Shown piece after piece: positions 19,026 through 28,094 of a stretch of 37,051 nt of DNA. The position numbers and the translations under genes are program-made. Source of the stretch: Mycobacteriales bacterium (GTDB lineage: Bacteria > Actinomycetota > Actinomycetes > JAFAQI01); assembly GCA_036269855.1 (NCBI GenBank), contig DATBDO010000066.1, forward strand, positions 1-37,051, written 5' to 3'. Each line of letters begins with the position of its first letter. The stretch's first letter is position 1. Under the pieces are notes generated by a model. That model worked only from the letters and a program-made list of their open reading frames with translations. It made no database searches and was not told the origin of the DNA.

Positions 19026-21554
19026 CTACTCGCAGGACGACACACGCTCCCCGGCGCAGGTGTCGCTGCCCGCGCCACCGTCGACGATGTCTACGCCGGC
19101 GCCCCCGTCGAGGGTGTCGTCTCCCCCGTTGCCCTGGACGGCGTCGTCACCCGGGCCACCCTGGATGACGTTGGCATTGTCGTCGCCGCGCAGCTGATCC
19201 GCGAACGGCGAGCCGACGACGTCCTCGACGGAGATCAGCCGGTCGCCGCCGTCGCGGGCCGCGAAGCCGGAGCGCAGGTCGACGGTGACGGCCCGGGTCG
19301 CCGCGGAGAAGTCGACCGTGTCATTGCCCTCGCCGCCGTCGAGCGCGTCCGCGTCCGGACCGCCGATGAGGGTGTCGTCCCCGGCGCCCGCGAGGATGCG
19401 GTCGCGGCCACTGCCACCATCAAGCCGGTTGGCGTCGTCGTTGCCGACGAGACTGTCGGCGTACGGCGTCCCGACGAGGTTCTCCACGGACGAGAGCGAG
19501 TCGGTGTCGCCGCCTTGTACGGAGCCTTTCGTGAGGTCGGCATCGATGGCTGCCTGAGTGTGGCCGTAGTCGACGGTGTCACTGCCCGCGCCGCCGTGGT
19601 AGGAGTCGGTGCCGGGTGACGCGAGCATGTCGTCGTCCCCGTCACCTCCGGCAACCGTGTCGTCGCCGTTGCCGGGGCTGATGAAGTCGTTCCCGGCTCC
19701 TCCGTCGAAGACGTCGTTACCGAACTCGTCGAGCAAGGAGTCATTGCCGCCGGCACCGTTCATCGTGTCGTCACCGAAACTGCCGCCGAGCTTGTTGGCG
19801 TTGTCGTCACCGGTGATGGTGTCGTCGTGGATCGAGCCGTGCACGTCCTCGACGTTGACGAGCACGTCATTGCCCTCGCCGGTTGCCGTGCCCGCTGACA
19901 GATCGACCGTAACTGCTGCCGGTGAACTCTTGAAGTCGACGACGTCCTCGCCGTCGCCGCCGTCGTAGGTGTCGTCGCCGGCGGCCTCCATCAACGTGTC
20001 GTTGCCGCCACGACCGTTGACGACGTCATCGCCGACGCGGCCGGACAGTTGGTTGGGTCCGTCGTCGCCGTCGAGGACGTCGTCGTGCAGCGAGCCAGTC
20101 GCGTTCTCGACGTGGGTGATGCGGTCGGCGCCGTCGCCGAGTCCGGTGCCGGCGGCAAGGTCGACCGTCACCCCGGTCGGGGCGTCCTCGTAGGTGACCG
20201 TGTCGGTTTCGCTGACATCTCGAGCGTCCTGACCACCGGCACCATCGATCAGGTCGTTGCCCGCTCCGCCGTTGAGCAGGTCCCGGCCGTAGTCGCCGCG
20301 CAGCGTGTCGTCGCCACCAGCGGCGCGAATCACGTCGTTGCCGCTATAGCCGTCGAGCACGTTCGGCCCGTCATCACCCTCAAGGTCGTCGTCGTTGGGT
20401 GAGCCGATGACGTTCTCGATGGAGGAGTAGTCAACGGTAGAGGCGCCGCGAGCGACACCGACCTCAAGGTTGACGAACCAGCCGTCGCGGGAGAACGCGC
20501 CGCTCAGGTCGAGCGTGTCGCTGCCGGATCCTCCTTGTAGGTCGTAGCTGCCGTCGCTGCCGACCGAGAAGGTGTCGTCGCCGCCGGCTCCATTCATCGT
20601 GTTGTTGCCGGACGGCGCGTAGAACACGTTGTCCGCGCCGTCACCGGTGAAGGTGTGACGACCCGAGCCGAAGACCGACGCCGACTCGACATCTGACAAC
20701 GTGTCCGATCCCTCGCCATTCGCCGTACCGCCCGGGAGATCGACCGTCACGTCACCGTTGCCGGACAGGCGAATGGTGTCGCGACCTGCACCGCCGTCGA
20801 CCTTGTCGTCTCCGCCGTTGCCGGCCAAACCGTCGTCGCCGGAGCCGCCGTGCAACGTGTCGTCGCCGTCGTCACCCGAGATGTTGTCGTTGCCATCGCC
20901 GCCGCTGAGCACGTCGGAACCAGTGGCGCCGTCGATGTTGTCATCACCGCTGCCACCGTCGACCTTGTCGTCACCACTTGCTGCTTTGATCAGATCGTCA
21001 CCGGCACTGCCGGCAACGTCGTCGTCGCCGTGACCGGCGTCAATGAAGTCGTTGCCCGCGCCGCCGGTCAAGGTGTCGGCGCCGCTTCCGCCAGTGAGCC
21101 GATCGCGGCCGTCTCCGCCATCGATCGTGTCAGCACCCTGGCCGCCGCCGATGGCGTCGTTGTCGTCGCCGCCGTCGATGAGGTCAGCGCCCTGCCCACC
21201 CTCGATCTGATCGTCGCCCGCAGCGCCATCGACGTGGTCGCTGCCGGTCCCGGCATCGATCTCGTCGTTGCCATCGCCCGTGCAGATGAGGTCGTCGCCG
21301 CCCTCGCCACTCACCGTGTCGTCACCGCCGAAGGTGACGATCACGTCGCTGCCGTCAGTCCCGACGATGTCGTCGTCCTTGGCGGTGCCAACGATCGTGG
21401 CGGCCCGGCCGAAGCACTGGGTACTGGTGTCCGCACGTCGATGTCCGGCGGCGAAGGCGGTCGGGGCGACCGACCAACCGATGACGGCGATCGTGATGGC
21501 AAAGCCGGGAACAAGGGCAGTGCGCCGGCTCGGCCGGCGGGCGTCGTGAGTCAT
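19026..21554 (-). CDS. Large secreted calcium-binding RTX-repeat (hemolysin-type GGxGxD) protein
   Basis: Dozens of GGxG(N/D)Dxx nonapeptides are present. A GGAAGG RBS lies 5 nt before ATG 21554. The N-terminal signal is MTHDARRPSRRTALVPGFAITIAVIGWSVAPTAFA. The C-terminus ends in a Cys pair (CAGERVSSC). Confidence 0.88.
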   Translation of the reverse strand: MTHDARRPSRRTALVPGFAITIAVIGWSVAPTAFAAGHRRADTSTQCFGRAATIVGTAKDDDIVGTDGSDVIVTFGGDDTVSGEGGDDLICTGDGNDEIDAGTGSDHVDGAAGDDQIEGGQGADLIDGGDDNDAIGGGQGADTIDGGDGRDRLTGGSGADTLTGGAGNDFIDAGHGDDDVAGSAGDDLIKAASGDDKVDGGSGDDNIDGATGSDVLSGGDGNDNISGDDGDDTLHGGSGDDGLAGNGGDDKVDGGAGRDTIRLSGNGDVTVDLPGGTANGEGSDTLSDVESASVFGSGRHTFTGDGADNVFYAPSGNNTMNGAGGDDTFSVGSDGSYDLQGGSGSDTLDLSGAFSRDGWFVNLEVGVARGASTVDYSSIENVIGSPNDDDLEGDDGPNVLDGYSGNDVIRAAGGDDTLRGDYGRDLLNGGAGNDLIDGAGGQDARDVSETDTVTYEDAPTGVTVDLAAGTGLGDGADRITHVENATGSLHDDVLDGDDGPNQLSGRVGDDVVNGRGGNDTLMEAAGDDTYDGGDGEDVVDFKSSPAAVTVDLSAGTATGEGNDVLVNVEDVHGSIHDDTITGDDNANKLGGSFGDDTMNGAGGNDSLLDEFGNDVFDGGAGNDFISPGNGDDTVAGGDGDDDMLASPGTDSYHGGAGSDTVDYGHTQAAIDADLTKGSVQGGDTDSLSSVENLVGTPYADSLVGNDDANRLDGGSGRDRILAGAGDDTLIGGPDADALDGGEGNDTVDFSAATRAVTVDLRSGFAARDGGDRLISVEDVVGSPFADQLRGDDNANVIQGGPGDDAVQGNGGDDTLDGGAGVDIVDGGAGSDTCAGERVSSCE
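19064..21389 (-). repeat. Coding tandem repeats: RTX nonapeptides organised into about six higher-order modules of roughly 95-100 aa
   Basis: A recurrent block (A)VTVDLxxGxAxGxGxDxLxxVE(N/D)VxGSxxxDxLxGDDxxNxLxG occurs six times, interspersed with GGxGxD runs. The DNA is rich in GGCGACGAC and GACGGC periodicities. Confidence 0.8.
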
Positions 21555-21723
21555 CAAAACCTTCCACACGTTGAGGTGCCCTTCCAACGCGCCACCGCCG
21601 GGCGGCGTTGACATCCGGACGGACGGTCCTCGACCTGGTCATATCGGACTATTCGCGCCTTCGTTCGGCTGATTTGTCGCCGAACGACCGTTTCGCCGGT
21701 GGCCGCCACCGAGGATCGTTGTC

Positions 21724-23001
21724 ATGCCCACCAACCGATTTCGCCTCACCGCCGCCGTTGCTGCGGCGTCCTTCGTTGCCATCGCCACCGGACTCGTCTC
21801 GACGGCGCCCCAAGCCGCTGCAGCAACCAGTTCGGTCTACCGCGTGACCGCCGGCAAGAGCGCGGTCACCGACTCCGCCGGACAGAGCTGGCAACCCGAT
21901 GCGACGTACGTCCACGGCGGATCCCTCAGCACGTCGAAGAACACTGTGGCTAATACCGCCACCCCGGCGCTCTACCGCCAACAGCGCACGGGTGACAGCA
22001 GCTACGAGTTCCCGGTTTCGGCCACCGGCACTTATGGCGTCGTCATCGACGTCGCCGAGCTCGGCAACAAGTCACCGGGTCAACGGGTCTACGACGTGCT
22101 CGCCGAGGGGGCTACGGTCGCCTCCCGCGTCGACGTGGCCGCGAACGCCGGCAAGAACACTGCCTGGCATCTCGTGTTCTCCGTACCGGTCAGTGACGGA
22201 GCGCTCGACCTCGATATCCGACACATCACCGGACAGCCGGCGATCGGAGCGATCGCGATCGACGACGTCAAGCCTGGTCTCGCGCCGGCGGTCACATTCG
22301 ACGACGAGTTCAACGGCGTGTCCGGCAGTGCACCCGATGCCGCGAACTGGTCGCAAGACATCTTCCCTGGCAACAACAACCAACTGCAGTACTGGACCGA
22401 CCACGATGCGACCGCGGACGGAAACGGATCGATGGTGATCTCCGCGCGCAAGGAGTCCTTTACAGGTGGGGACGGCGTGACGCGCGCCTATACATCGGCA
22501 CGCTTGACGACGGCTGGTCATTACACGTGGTTCTACGGCGAGGCGGAAGCCCGCATCTTCGTGCCCGCCGGCCAGGGCCTCTGGCCGTCTTTCTGGTCGG
22601 TTGGCCAGAAGGGCCCCTGGCCGTCCAACGGCGAGATCGACGGCATGGAGATGAAAGGGCAGGAACCGAAGATCGACCACGGCGCCGTACACGGCCTGAA
22701 CACGAACTACAGCGAGTGGACCTACCACGCGACGACAACATCGACTACGCCGTTGGCCGGGCAATGGCACACCTACGCGATGTTGTGGCAGCCCGGTGTC
22801 GTCGAGACTCTTGTCGATGGCCGGCCGTTCATGGCCGTGACGCCGGCGGACGTTTCAGGGGCCGATATCTGGCCGTTCGACTCGCAGCCCTTCGTACTGC
22901 GCATGCAGCTCGCCGTAGGCGGGGACTTCGTCGGTGCGCCTAGCCGGTCGACGGTGTTCCCGGCGAACATGCTCGTCGACTGGGTGCGTGTGACGCAGTA
23001 G
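21724..23001 (+). CDS. Secreted glycoside hydrolase family 16 (beta-glucanase/laminarinase-like) with N-terminal malectin-like carbohydrate-binding domain
   Basis: The signal peptide ends in AAA. The N-terminal 170 aa resemble a malectin domain (YRVTAG..DSAGQSWQPD...ALYRQQR...RVYDV). The C-terminal domain has the GH16 catalytic ExDxxE motif (NGEIDGMEM). Confidence 0.88.
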   Translation: MPTNRFRLTAAVAAASFVAIATGLVSTAPQAAAATSSVYRVTAGKSAVTDSAGQSWQPDATYVHGGSLSTSKNTVANTATPALYRQQRTGDSSYEFPVSATGTYGVVIDVAELGNKSPGQRVYDVLAEGATVASRVDVAANAGKNTAWHLVFSVPVSDGALDLDIRHITGQPAIGAIAIDDVKPGLAPAVTFDDEFNGVSGSAPDAANWSQDIFPGNNNQLQYWTDHDATADGNGSMVISARKESFTGGDGVTRAYTSARLTTAGHYTWFYGEAEARIFVPAGQGLWPSFWSVGQKGPWPSNGEIDGMEMKGQEPKIDHGAVHGLNTNYSEWTYHATTTSTTPLAGQWHTYAMLWQPGVVETLVDGRPFMAVTPADVSGADIWPFDSQPFVLRMQLAVGGDFVGAPSRSTVFPANMLVDWVRVTQ

Positions 23002-23013
23002 GGCGGCCGTGGG

Positions 23014-23757
23014 TCAGGGCTCGAGAAGAACGATCTCGGCCTCGCGGAAAGCGTCGCTCGTCTCTTCGCGCACACCACGGGTTATCCGCGGATGGGTGCG
23101 ATGCGCGGCGTCGATGATGGCCTTCTTCGACGAGCGGACGTCGTACGGGCACATCAACACCGCGGTGGAGTCGGCGAAGACGATGTTGATGAGCGACTCG
23201 TAGCGAATCCAGGCCTTGGTCTCGGCGGCTGCCCGGCCACGCCAGACCGGCTCGCCGAGAATTCGGACTCGGCGCGCGCCGGCCGCAACCTGGTCGTTGA
23301 GGTAGTCGCGGTAACCGTTGAGCGCAGCATTCGGCGTGCGATACCAATCGACGGACTCGGCGAACGTCACCGTGTCGGCGTCGGCACCGAGCGCCTGGCG
23401 GAGGCGTCGGATTTGTGTCGAGCTGGTCACCGCGAGGGGGCGTTCGTCCCGCACGACACCCTGGTGCAGAAAGGCCGCAGCAGCCGTCGTGTAGTCGTCG
23501 GCACTGCCGTAGAACAGCGCGGAGTGCTCGAACCGTTTCCGCTCCGTGGCTTTGCCGTGGACCAGTTCATCGATCGTGATGTCGAGCGCCGTCGCCAGCC
23601 GGCTGAGGCTGCTGACCCGCGGGTCGGTGCGGCGCCCGGACTCGATCTGCGCGATGGCCGCCCAGCTGATGCCGGAATGGTGCGCGAGCGTCTCGCGGCT
23701 CCACCCGCGCTGTCGCCTTGCGGAACGGAGACGCGCCGCGATCTCGTGGCTCGACAC
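23014..23757 (-). CDS. XRE-family HTH regulator fused to a MEDS sensory domain
   Basis: The N-terminal HTH is LRSARRQRGWSRETLAHHSGISWAAIAQIESGRR. The C-terminus is MEDS-like (HSALFYGSADDY....FLHQG...CPYD). I chose GTG 23757 because of a GGGGGAG RBS; the track start is 23823. Confidence 0.8.
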   Translation of the reverse strand: MSSHEIAARLRSARRQRGWSRETLAHHSGISWAAIAQIESGRRTDPRVSSLSRLATALDITIDELVHGKATERKRFEHSALFYGSADDYTTAAAAFLHQGVVRDERPLAVTSSTQIRRLRQALGADADTVTFAESVDWYRTPNAALNGYRDYLNDQVAAGARRVRILGEPVWRGRAAAETKAWIRYESLINIVFADSTAVLMCPYDVRSSKKAIIDAAHRTHPRITRGVREETSDAFREAEIVLLEP

Positions 23758-23908
23758 GTGCGAACTCCCCCGTGGAAAGGGACCTTGCTTGCGGATCAAG
23801 GCAGGCCGGACATAGTCTGGCATTCTACGTCAATCGACGCTGTCAGACGACCAAAGTCGTCAGGCGACAGAAGTTGGGAGATCGCGCGCGGCTCGCGAGG
23901 GGGCGACG

Positions 23909-24952
23909 GTGATGTCCGACCAGAACTCGACGGCACTGGGCGACGTGGTGGCTAGCCACGAAAGCGCGCTGGGCGCCCGAGACATCCACGCGGTCAAGCC
24001 GCAACGCGAGATCCGTGAGGCGCTGAACGACAGCCGGCTCGTTTTGCATTACCAACCCATTCTTCGGCTCGACAACTTCGCGATCACGGGCGTCGAGGCT
24101 CTTTTGCGCTGGGACCTTCCCGACGGTGTGTCGCTGACGCCGGACGACTTCCTACCGAGCGTTTCCCAGACGCCGATCATGCGGGAGATAACCCGGCACG
24201 TGCTGCGTACCGCGTGCTCGGAAGCGGTCCATTGGTCGGACTGGACCGTCTCGGTCAACGTTGCCGCGAGCGATGTGGTGCATCCCGCCTTCGTCGACGA
24301 GGTGACCACCGCCTTGGAGGCGACGCACCTTCCCCCGAATCGCCTCGCCCTGGAGTTGACTGAGCAGTCCGTTCTGCTGGACGTGACACAGGCGATCACC
24401 AACCTGGAGCGACTGCGCAGCCTGGGTGTCGGGATCTCGTTGGATGACTTCGGGACCGGCTACTCGTCGCTGCTCTATCTGCGCGCGTTACCGATCACCC
24501 AGGTCAAGATCGACCAGCTGTTCATCCAAGCGCTCGGAAAAAGCGAGGACGATGCTGCGATCGTCGAGAGCGTCGTCCGCCTCGCCCACACGATCAACCT
24601 GGACGTGACGGCCGAAGGAGTGGAGACACCGGAGCAGGTTGCGTTCCTTCAATCCATCGGCTGCGGCGATGCGCAGGGTTACCTCTTCGGCCGGCCGCGT
24701 CCCGCCACATCCCTGTCGTCGACGACGACGTCGGATTGGGTCGGTCCCCCGCCCCGGAAAGCGATACGGCGTCGACGCCCCGAAACGGATGCGTCGACCC
24801 TCACCAAGGTGCGCGCGCTCTTGGCCGAAGGCGCCTCTCTGCATACGGTCGCGGCGGCGCTCAACAAGTCCGGCGCCACGACGCATCTTGGCGCCCGCTG
24901 GAGCGCACGCAGCGTGGCCCGAATCGTGGCCGACATACCCGACCCGACCTGA
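23909..24952 (+). CDS. Stand-alone EAL-domain protein (c-di-GMP phosphodiesterase type) with C-terminal recombinase-like HTH tail (paralog 1)
   Basis: The EAL signature residues are present: GVEALLRW, ELTE, DDFGTGYSSL, KID, EGVET, QGY. The tail KVRALLAEGASLHTVAAALNKSGATTHLGARWSARSVARIV resembles the IAxxLNxxGxxTxxGxxWxxxxVxRIL element of serine-recombinase 'Recombinase' domains. The start is GTG 23909 or ATG 23912. Confidence 0.88.
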   Translation: MMSDQNSTALGDVVASHESALGARDIHAVKPQREIREALNDSRLVLHYQPILRLDNFAITGVEALLRWDLPDGVSLTPDDFLPSVSQTPIMREITRHVLRTACSEAVHWSDWTVSVNVAASDVVHPAFVDEVTTALEATHLPPNRLALELTEQSVLLDVTQAITNLERLRSLGVGISLDDFGTGYSSLLYLRALPITQVKIDQLFIQALGKSEDDAAIVESVVRLAHTINLDVTAEGVETPEQVAFLQSIGCGDAQGYLFGRPRPATSLSSTTTSDWVGPPPRKAIRRRRPETDASTLTKVRALLAEGASLHTVAAALNKSGATTHLGARWSARSVARIVADIPDPT

Positions 24953-24978
24953 CGCCCCCGGTGAAATTCCTAACGCGG

Positions 24979-25051
24979 TGGGCCGCCCGGGGATCGAACC
25001 CGGAACCCGCGGATTAAAAGTCCGCTGCTCTGCCAGTTGAGCTAACGGCCC
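24979..25051 (-). tRNA. tRNA-Lys (anticodon TTT)
   Basis: The minus strand reads GGGCCGTTAGCTCAACTGGCAGAGCAGCGGA-CTTTTAA-TCCGC...CCGGGTTCGATCCCCGG..GCGGCCCA. Confidence 0.93.
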
Positions 25052-25063
25052 GAGCGCCCATGG

Positions 25064-25828
25064 TCACACACCGCTGCCACCGCGCCCTTCCCCGCCGGCG
25101 AACCGCAGTGCTCCCTGCCGACCCTCTTCGACGACCGCGAGACCGTGCCGCATCTCGACGCGCAGCGCCTCCGCGAGCGGGTGTCCCCAACCGTCGTACA
25201 TGGAGAGGCGGTCCGAACGCATCGTCGCCTGCGGGTACGACGCCAGCCGGGTGCCGAGCTCGACAGCTGCGCTCACCGGATCGTCGGCCACGGTCGTGAC
25301 GAGTCCGATGGCCAATGCTTCCCCCGCCTCCACCGGTCGGCCGGTCAGCACCAGGTCCAGAGCGCGGCCCATGCCGACGATGCGCGGAAGCCGCCAGGTG
25401 CCGCCGTCGATGAGGGGCACTCCCCAGCGCCGTTCGAAGCAGCCGAACGTCGAGCGCGGCGACGCGACGCGCAGGTCGCACCACAGCGCCAGCTCGAGGC
25501 CGCCGGCGACCGCCCAACCGTCAACAGCCGCGACCGTCGGCTTCGACGCCGTCCGGCGGGTGAACCCCAGCGGTCCATCCGGCCCGGCCGCGCGCGGCGA
25601 CAGCGTCTCGATCGCGGTCAGGTCAGCGCCCGCGCAGAACGACTCGCCGGCGCCGGTGAGCACCATGACTGCCAGGTCTGCGTCGGCTTCAAAGCGCTCG
25701 AGTGCCGACACGAGGGCGTCGGCCGTCCGGCCGTCGATCGCGTTGCGCCGGTGCTGCCGGTCGATCGTGACGACCGCCACCGGGCCGCGGACGTCGTACC
25801 GGACCTCATCGACGAGATCAGTGCTCAT
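25064..25828 (-). CDS. Enoyl-CoA hydratase/isomerase (crotonase) family protein
   Basis: The blocks VAVVTIDRQHRRNAI, VMVLTGAGESFCAGADL and VAAVDGWAVAGGLELALWCD are present. I trimmed the start to ATG 25828. Confidence 0.88.
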   Translation of the reverse strand: MSTDLVDEVRYDVRGPVAVVTIDRQHRRNAIDGRTADALVSALERFEADADLAVMVLTGAGESFCAGADLTAIETLSPRAAGPDGPLGFTRRTASKPTVAAVDGWAVAGGLELALWCDLRVASPRSTFGCFERRWGVPLIDGGTWRLPRIVGMGRALDLVLTGRPVEAGEALAIGLVTTVADDPVSAAVELGTRLASYPQATMRSDRLSMYDGWGHPLAEALRVEMRHGLAVVEEGRQGALRFAGGEGRGGSGV

Positions 25829-25922
25829 GCCGCCGATCATGGCTGCCGTTGGCGCGCCGCTGTGTCGTGGCCCTAGACTGGCGCGGTCCCCGACGGCGGA
25901 CGCGAGGGCGCTGCGAGGTGAC

Positions 25923-25995
25923 GCCCCCATCGTCTAGAGGCCCAGGACGCCGCCCTTTCAAGGCGGTAGCACGGGTTCGAATCCCGTTGGGGGCA
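25923..25995 (+). tRNA. tRNA-Glu (anticodon TTC)
   Basis: The sequence is GCCCCCATCGTCTAGAGGCCCAGGAC..CCGCC-CTTTCAA-GGCGG..ACGGGTTCGAATCCCGT-TGGGGGC-A. Confidence 0.93.
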
Positions 25996-26005
25996 CGCAA
26001 CACCG

Positions 26006-26079
26006 GGTCCTGTGGAGCAGTTGGAGTGCTCGCCGCCCTGTCAAGGCGGAGGTCGCGGGTTCAAGTCCCGTCAGGACCG
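26006..26079 (+). tRNA. tRNA-Asp (anticodon GTC)
   Basis: The sequence is GGTCCTGTGGAGCAGTTGGAGTGCTC..CCGCC-CTGTCAA-GGCGG..GCGGGTTCAAGTCCCGT-CAGGACC-G. It starts 10 nt after tRNA-Glu. Confidence 0.93.
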
Positions 26080-26084
26080 CCCAG

Positions 26085-27335
26085 TCAATCGCAGAGCCAT
26101 TCCTCGAGTACGGCGTAGACCCGCGGGTGGTTGAGCAGGTCGAGGTGGTGCAAGCCGCCGAGGTGCCGGCCCCGGTCCACGTCGAGCGCCAGTCGGCGAC
26201 GTCGGCCGGCACCGGACGCGCTCGCCCACGGCACCAACGCGTCGCCGATCACGCGAGCAGCCACGGTGTCGGTGCGGCGGCCGATCGTCGCGCCGATGTA
26301 GTAGTGCGTCGCCGTCTCGAGCAGCGGGGTGCACTCGGCCGGCTCCGCCCGCCAGGCGTCAAGGTCGGCGAGATCCGCCCAGTCCTCGGTTCGGATGTCG
26401 CCGAAACGAAGGTCCTTGATGCCGACACTGCGGGTGGCCAGGGCATTCGCCAGCGCACGGGTCTCGGGCAGCTTGCGCAAGACGATGCCGGCGGCGGTTG
26501 CGGCCATCTCGAGTGGCGCGCCGAGGTGGGGTGACCCGAGGTAGACGATCCGCTGCACCAGCGGCAGCCACGATGCGTCCTCGATGCTGCCGCGATGACA
26601 AGCGGCGCGGACGACGAGACCGCCCATGGAGTGACCGATCAGCGTCAGCCGGGTGACCGGCACCGGCCACTGGTCGACGACCCGAGACAGCAGCGCGGCA
26701 AGATCGTCGCCGTTGTCGCAGACGTGCCGCCCGCTGTTGTAGCGGACATATAGCGGCGTGACGCCGCACGCGGCTCGCAGTCGTTTGCCGTGGGTCGAGC
26801 GCGGATCGCCGTAATGATCACGCGCGCCGAGGCGCCACGATGCGTCCGTCTCGCAGAGGCCGTGGAGGAACACAGCGATGTCGCCTGTCGCAGCGGGATA
26901 TCCGCGCGCGAGCTCGTCGCGGTCGACATCGAGATCACGGTCGTCATGACGAAGCGTCATCGAGAATGCGAGCGGACTCGCTGACGCCGCCATTCGGTCG
27001 CCCCATGCGCCGTTGAGAGCGCCAAGTGCCACATTGCCGCGCGGTCGGTCGGCAAGGTGTCGTCGAGCATCCAGCGGTGTGGCGGCGATTCTCGTGGCGG
27101 AGACCTGCCCGCCCGCGACGCCGACCAGCCGCAAGCCACCGCCGACTGCTGCATAGACCGACTTGCTGATGACGTCGTGCGTCACATGGACGGGTCGAGC
27201 CGCGCGACCAGAGAGGGTGAACGCGCGCCGCGCGATCGCGATGTGCGTGTCCCGGACCAGTCCGGTCGCGGCAGCGAGCCCTCGACCGACGATCTCACCC
27301 GCAGCTCGAAAGTCGCTTGTGTCGACGGCCGCCAT
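26085..27335 (-). CDS. Alpha/beta hydrolase, lipase/PGAP1-like
   Basis: It has the VFLHGLCETDASW oxyanion region and the LIGHSMGGLV nucleophile elbow. ATG 27335 lies 2 nt after the methyltransferase stop; the track start at 27341 is TTG. Confidence 0.8.
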   Translation of the reverse strand: MAAVDTSDFRAAGEIVGRGLAAATGLVRDTHIAIARRAFTLSGRAARPVHVTHDVISKSVYAAVGGGLRLVGVAGGQVSATRIAATPLDARRHLADRPRGNVALGALNGAWGDRMAASASPLAFSMTLRHDDRDLDVDRDELARGYPAATGDIAVFLHGLCETDASWRLGARDHYGDPRSTHGKRLRAACGVTPLYVRYNSGRHVCDNGDDLAALLSRVVDQWPVPVTRLTLIGHSMGGLVVRAACHRGSIEDASWLPLVQRIVYLGSPHLGAPLEMAATAAGIVLRKLPETRALANALATRSVGIKDLRFGDIRTEDWADLADLDAWRAEPAECTPLLETATHYYIGATIGRRTDTVAARVIGDALVPWASASGAGRRRRLALDVDRGRHLGGLHHLDLLNHPRVYAVLEEWLCD

Positions 27336-27337
27336 TG

Positions 27338-28075
27338 TCAAACACCGCTATCGCTTGGCTCGTCGGCTCGACTGCCGGGATTGCGGCGCCGCAGGGCGGT
27401 CCGCACGGTCAGGTCGCGATAGCGGCCGGTGTGATCGGAGAACGAGTACCCCGTGCTCGACGACTTGTGGATCACGAACTGGTTGCGCGGCAGAGCCTCG
27501 ATGGGAGAGTCGACCGCTTCGGCGAAGTATGCAGCGAATGGAAAGACCCCTGACGGCTCGAATGAGGGATCGTGCTGCCGCATCCACGGTGTGAAGTCGT
27601 CTCCGCCGAGCATGCCACCGGCGCGGACCTTCGGCCACATGAGGTGCAGGTCAATCGATATGCCACGCAGCGAGTGGTCGCCGTCGAGATAGACAAAATC
27701 CAGTGACCCGTCGGCAATCTCGGCGGCGACCTCCTGCGTTGTGCCGCGCAGGACGACCCGCTTCTGCTTCCACCGGTCGGTACGGCGCAGTGCCTCGTTG
27801 TAGTGCTGTTCGAAGGTGACGTCGGAGACGTTAGCCGGTTTGTTCCAGTCCTCCAGCCGGCGCCAGGCATCGACCATGCGGTAGCTGGAGATCTTGGGAC
27901 ACCTGGACAGCATTGCTTCGGCGAACTCGCCGCGCCATACGCCGACCTCAGCGACGCTCCGGACGTCACGAGCCGCGAGCACTGCGGCCCAAGTGTCGAA
28001 GCGATGCCTCCTCGGCACCACGAACTCGGCCAAACTCTCCGGGAAGTCCATGGCGCCGTGACTGTAGCGCCTCAT
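27338..28075 (-). CDS. Class I SAM-dependent methyltransferase (Methyltransf_24 / TylF-CmcI-like)
   Basis: The blocks VAEVGVWRGEF, DFVYLDGDHSLRGISIDL and VRAGGMLGGDDF are present. ATG 28075 lies 19 nt after the lipase stop, whereas the longer track start at 28144 would overlap the lipase gene. Confidence 0.8.
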   Translation of the reverse strand: MRRYSHGAMDFPESLAEFVVPRRHRFDTWAAVLAARDVRSVAEVGVWRGEFAEAMLSRCPKISSYRMVDAWRRLEDWNKPANVSDVTFEQHYNEALRRTDRWKQKRVVLRGTTQEVAAEIADGSLDFVYLDGDHSLRGISIDLHLMWPKVRAGGMLGGDDFTPWMRQHDPSFEPSGVFPFAAYFAEAVDSPIEALPRNQFVIHKSSSTGYSFSDHTGRYRDLTVRTALRRRNPGSRADEPSDSGV

Positions 28076-28094
28076 CCCAGCCGGGGCGCCCCGG

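Noticed and set aside
19026-21554. Highly periodic DNA that could be mistaken for a CRISPR array or a noncoding tandem repeat
   Set aside because: The periodicity is 27 nt and multiples of it. It is in frame and encodes GGxGxD nonapeptides. There are no unique spacers between identical repeats and no cas genes.
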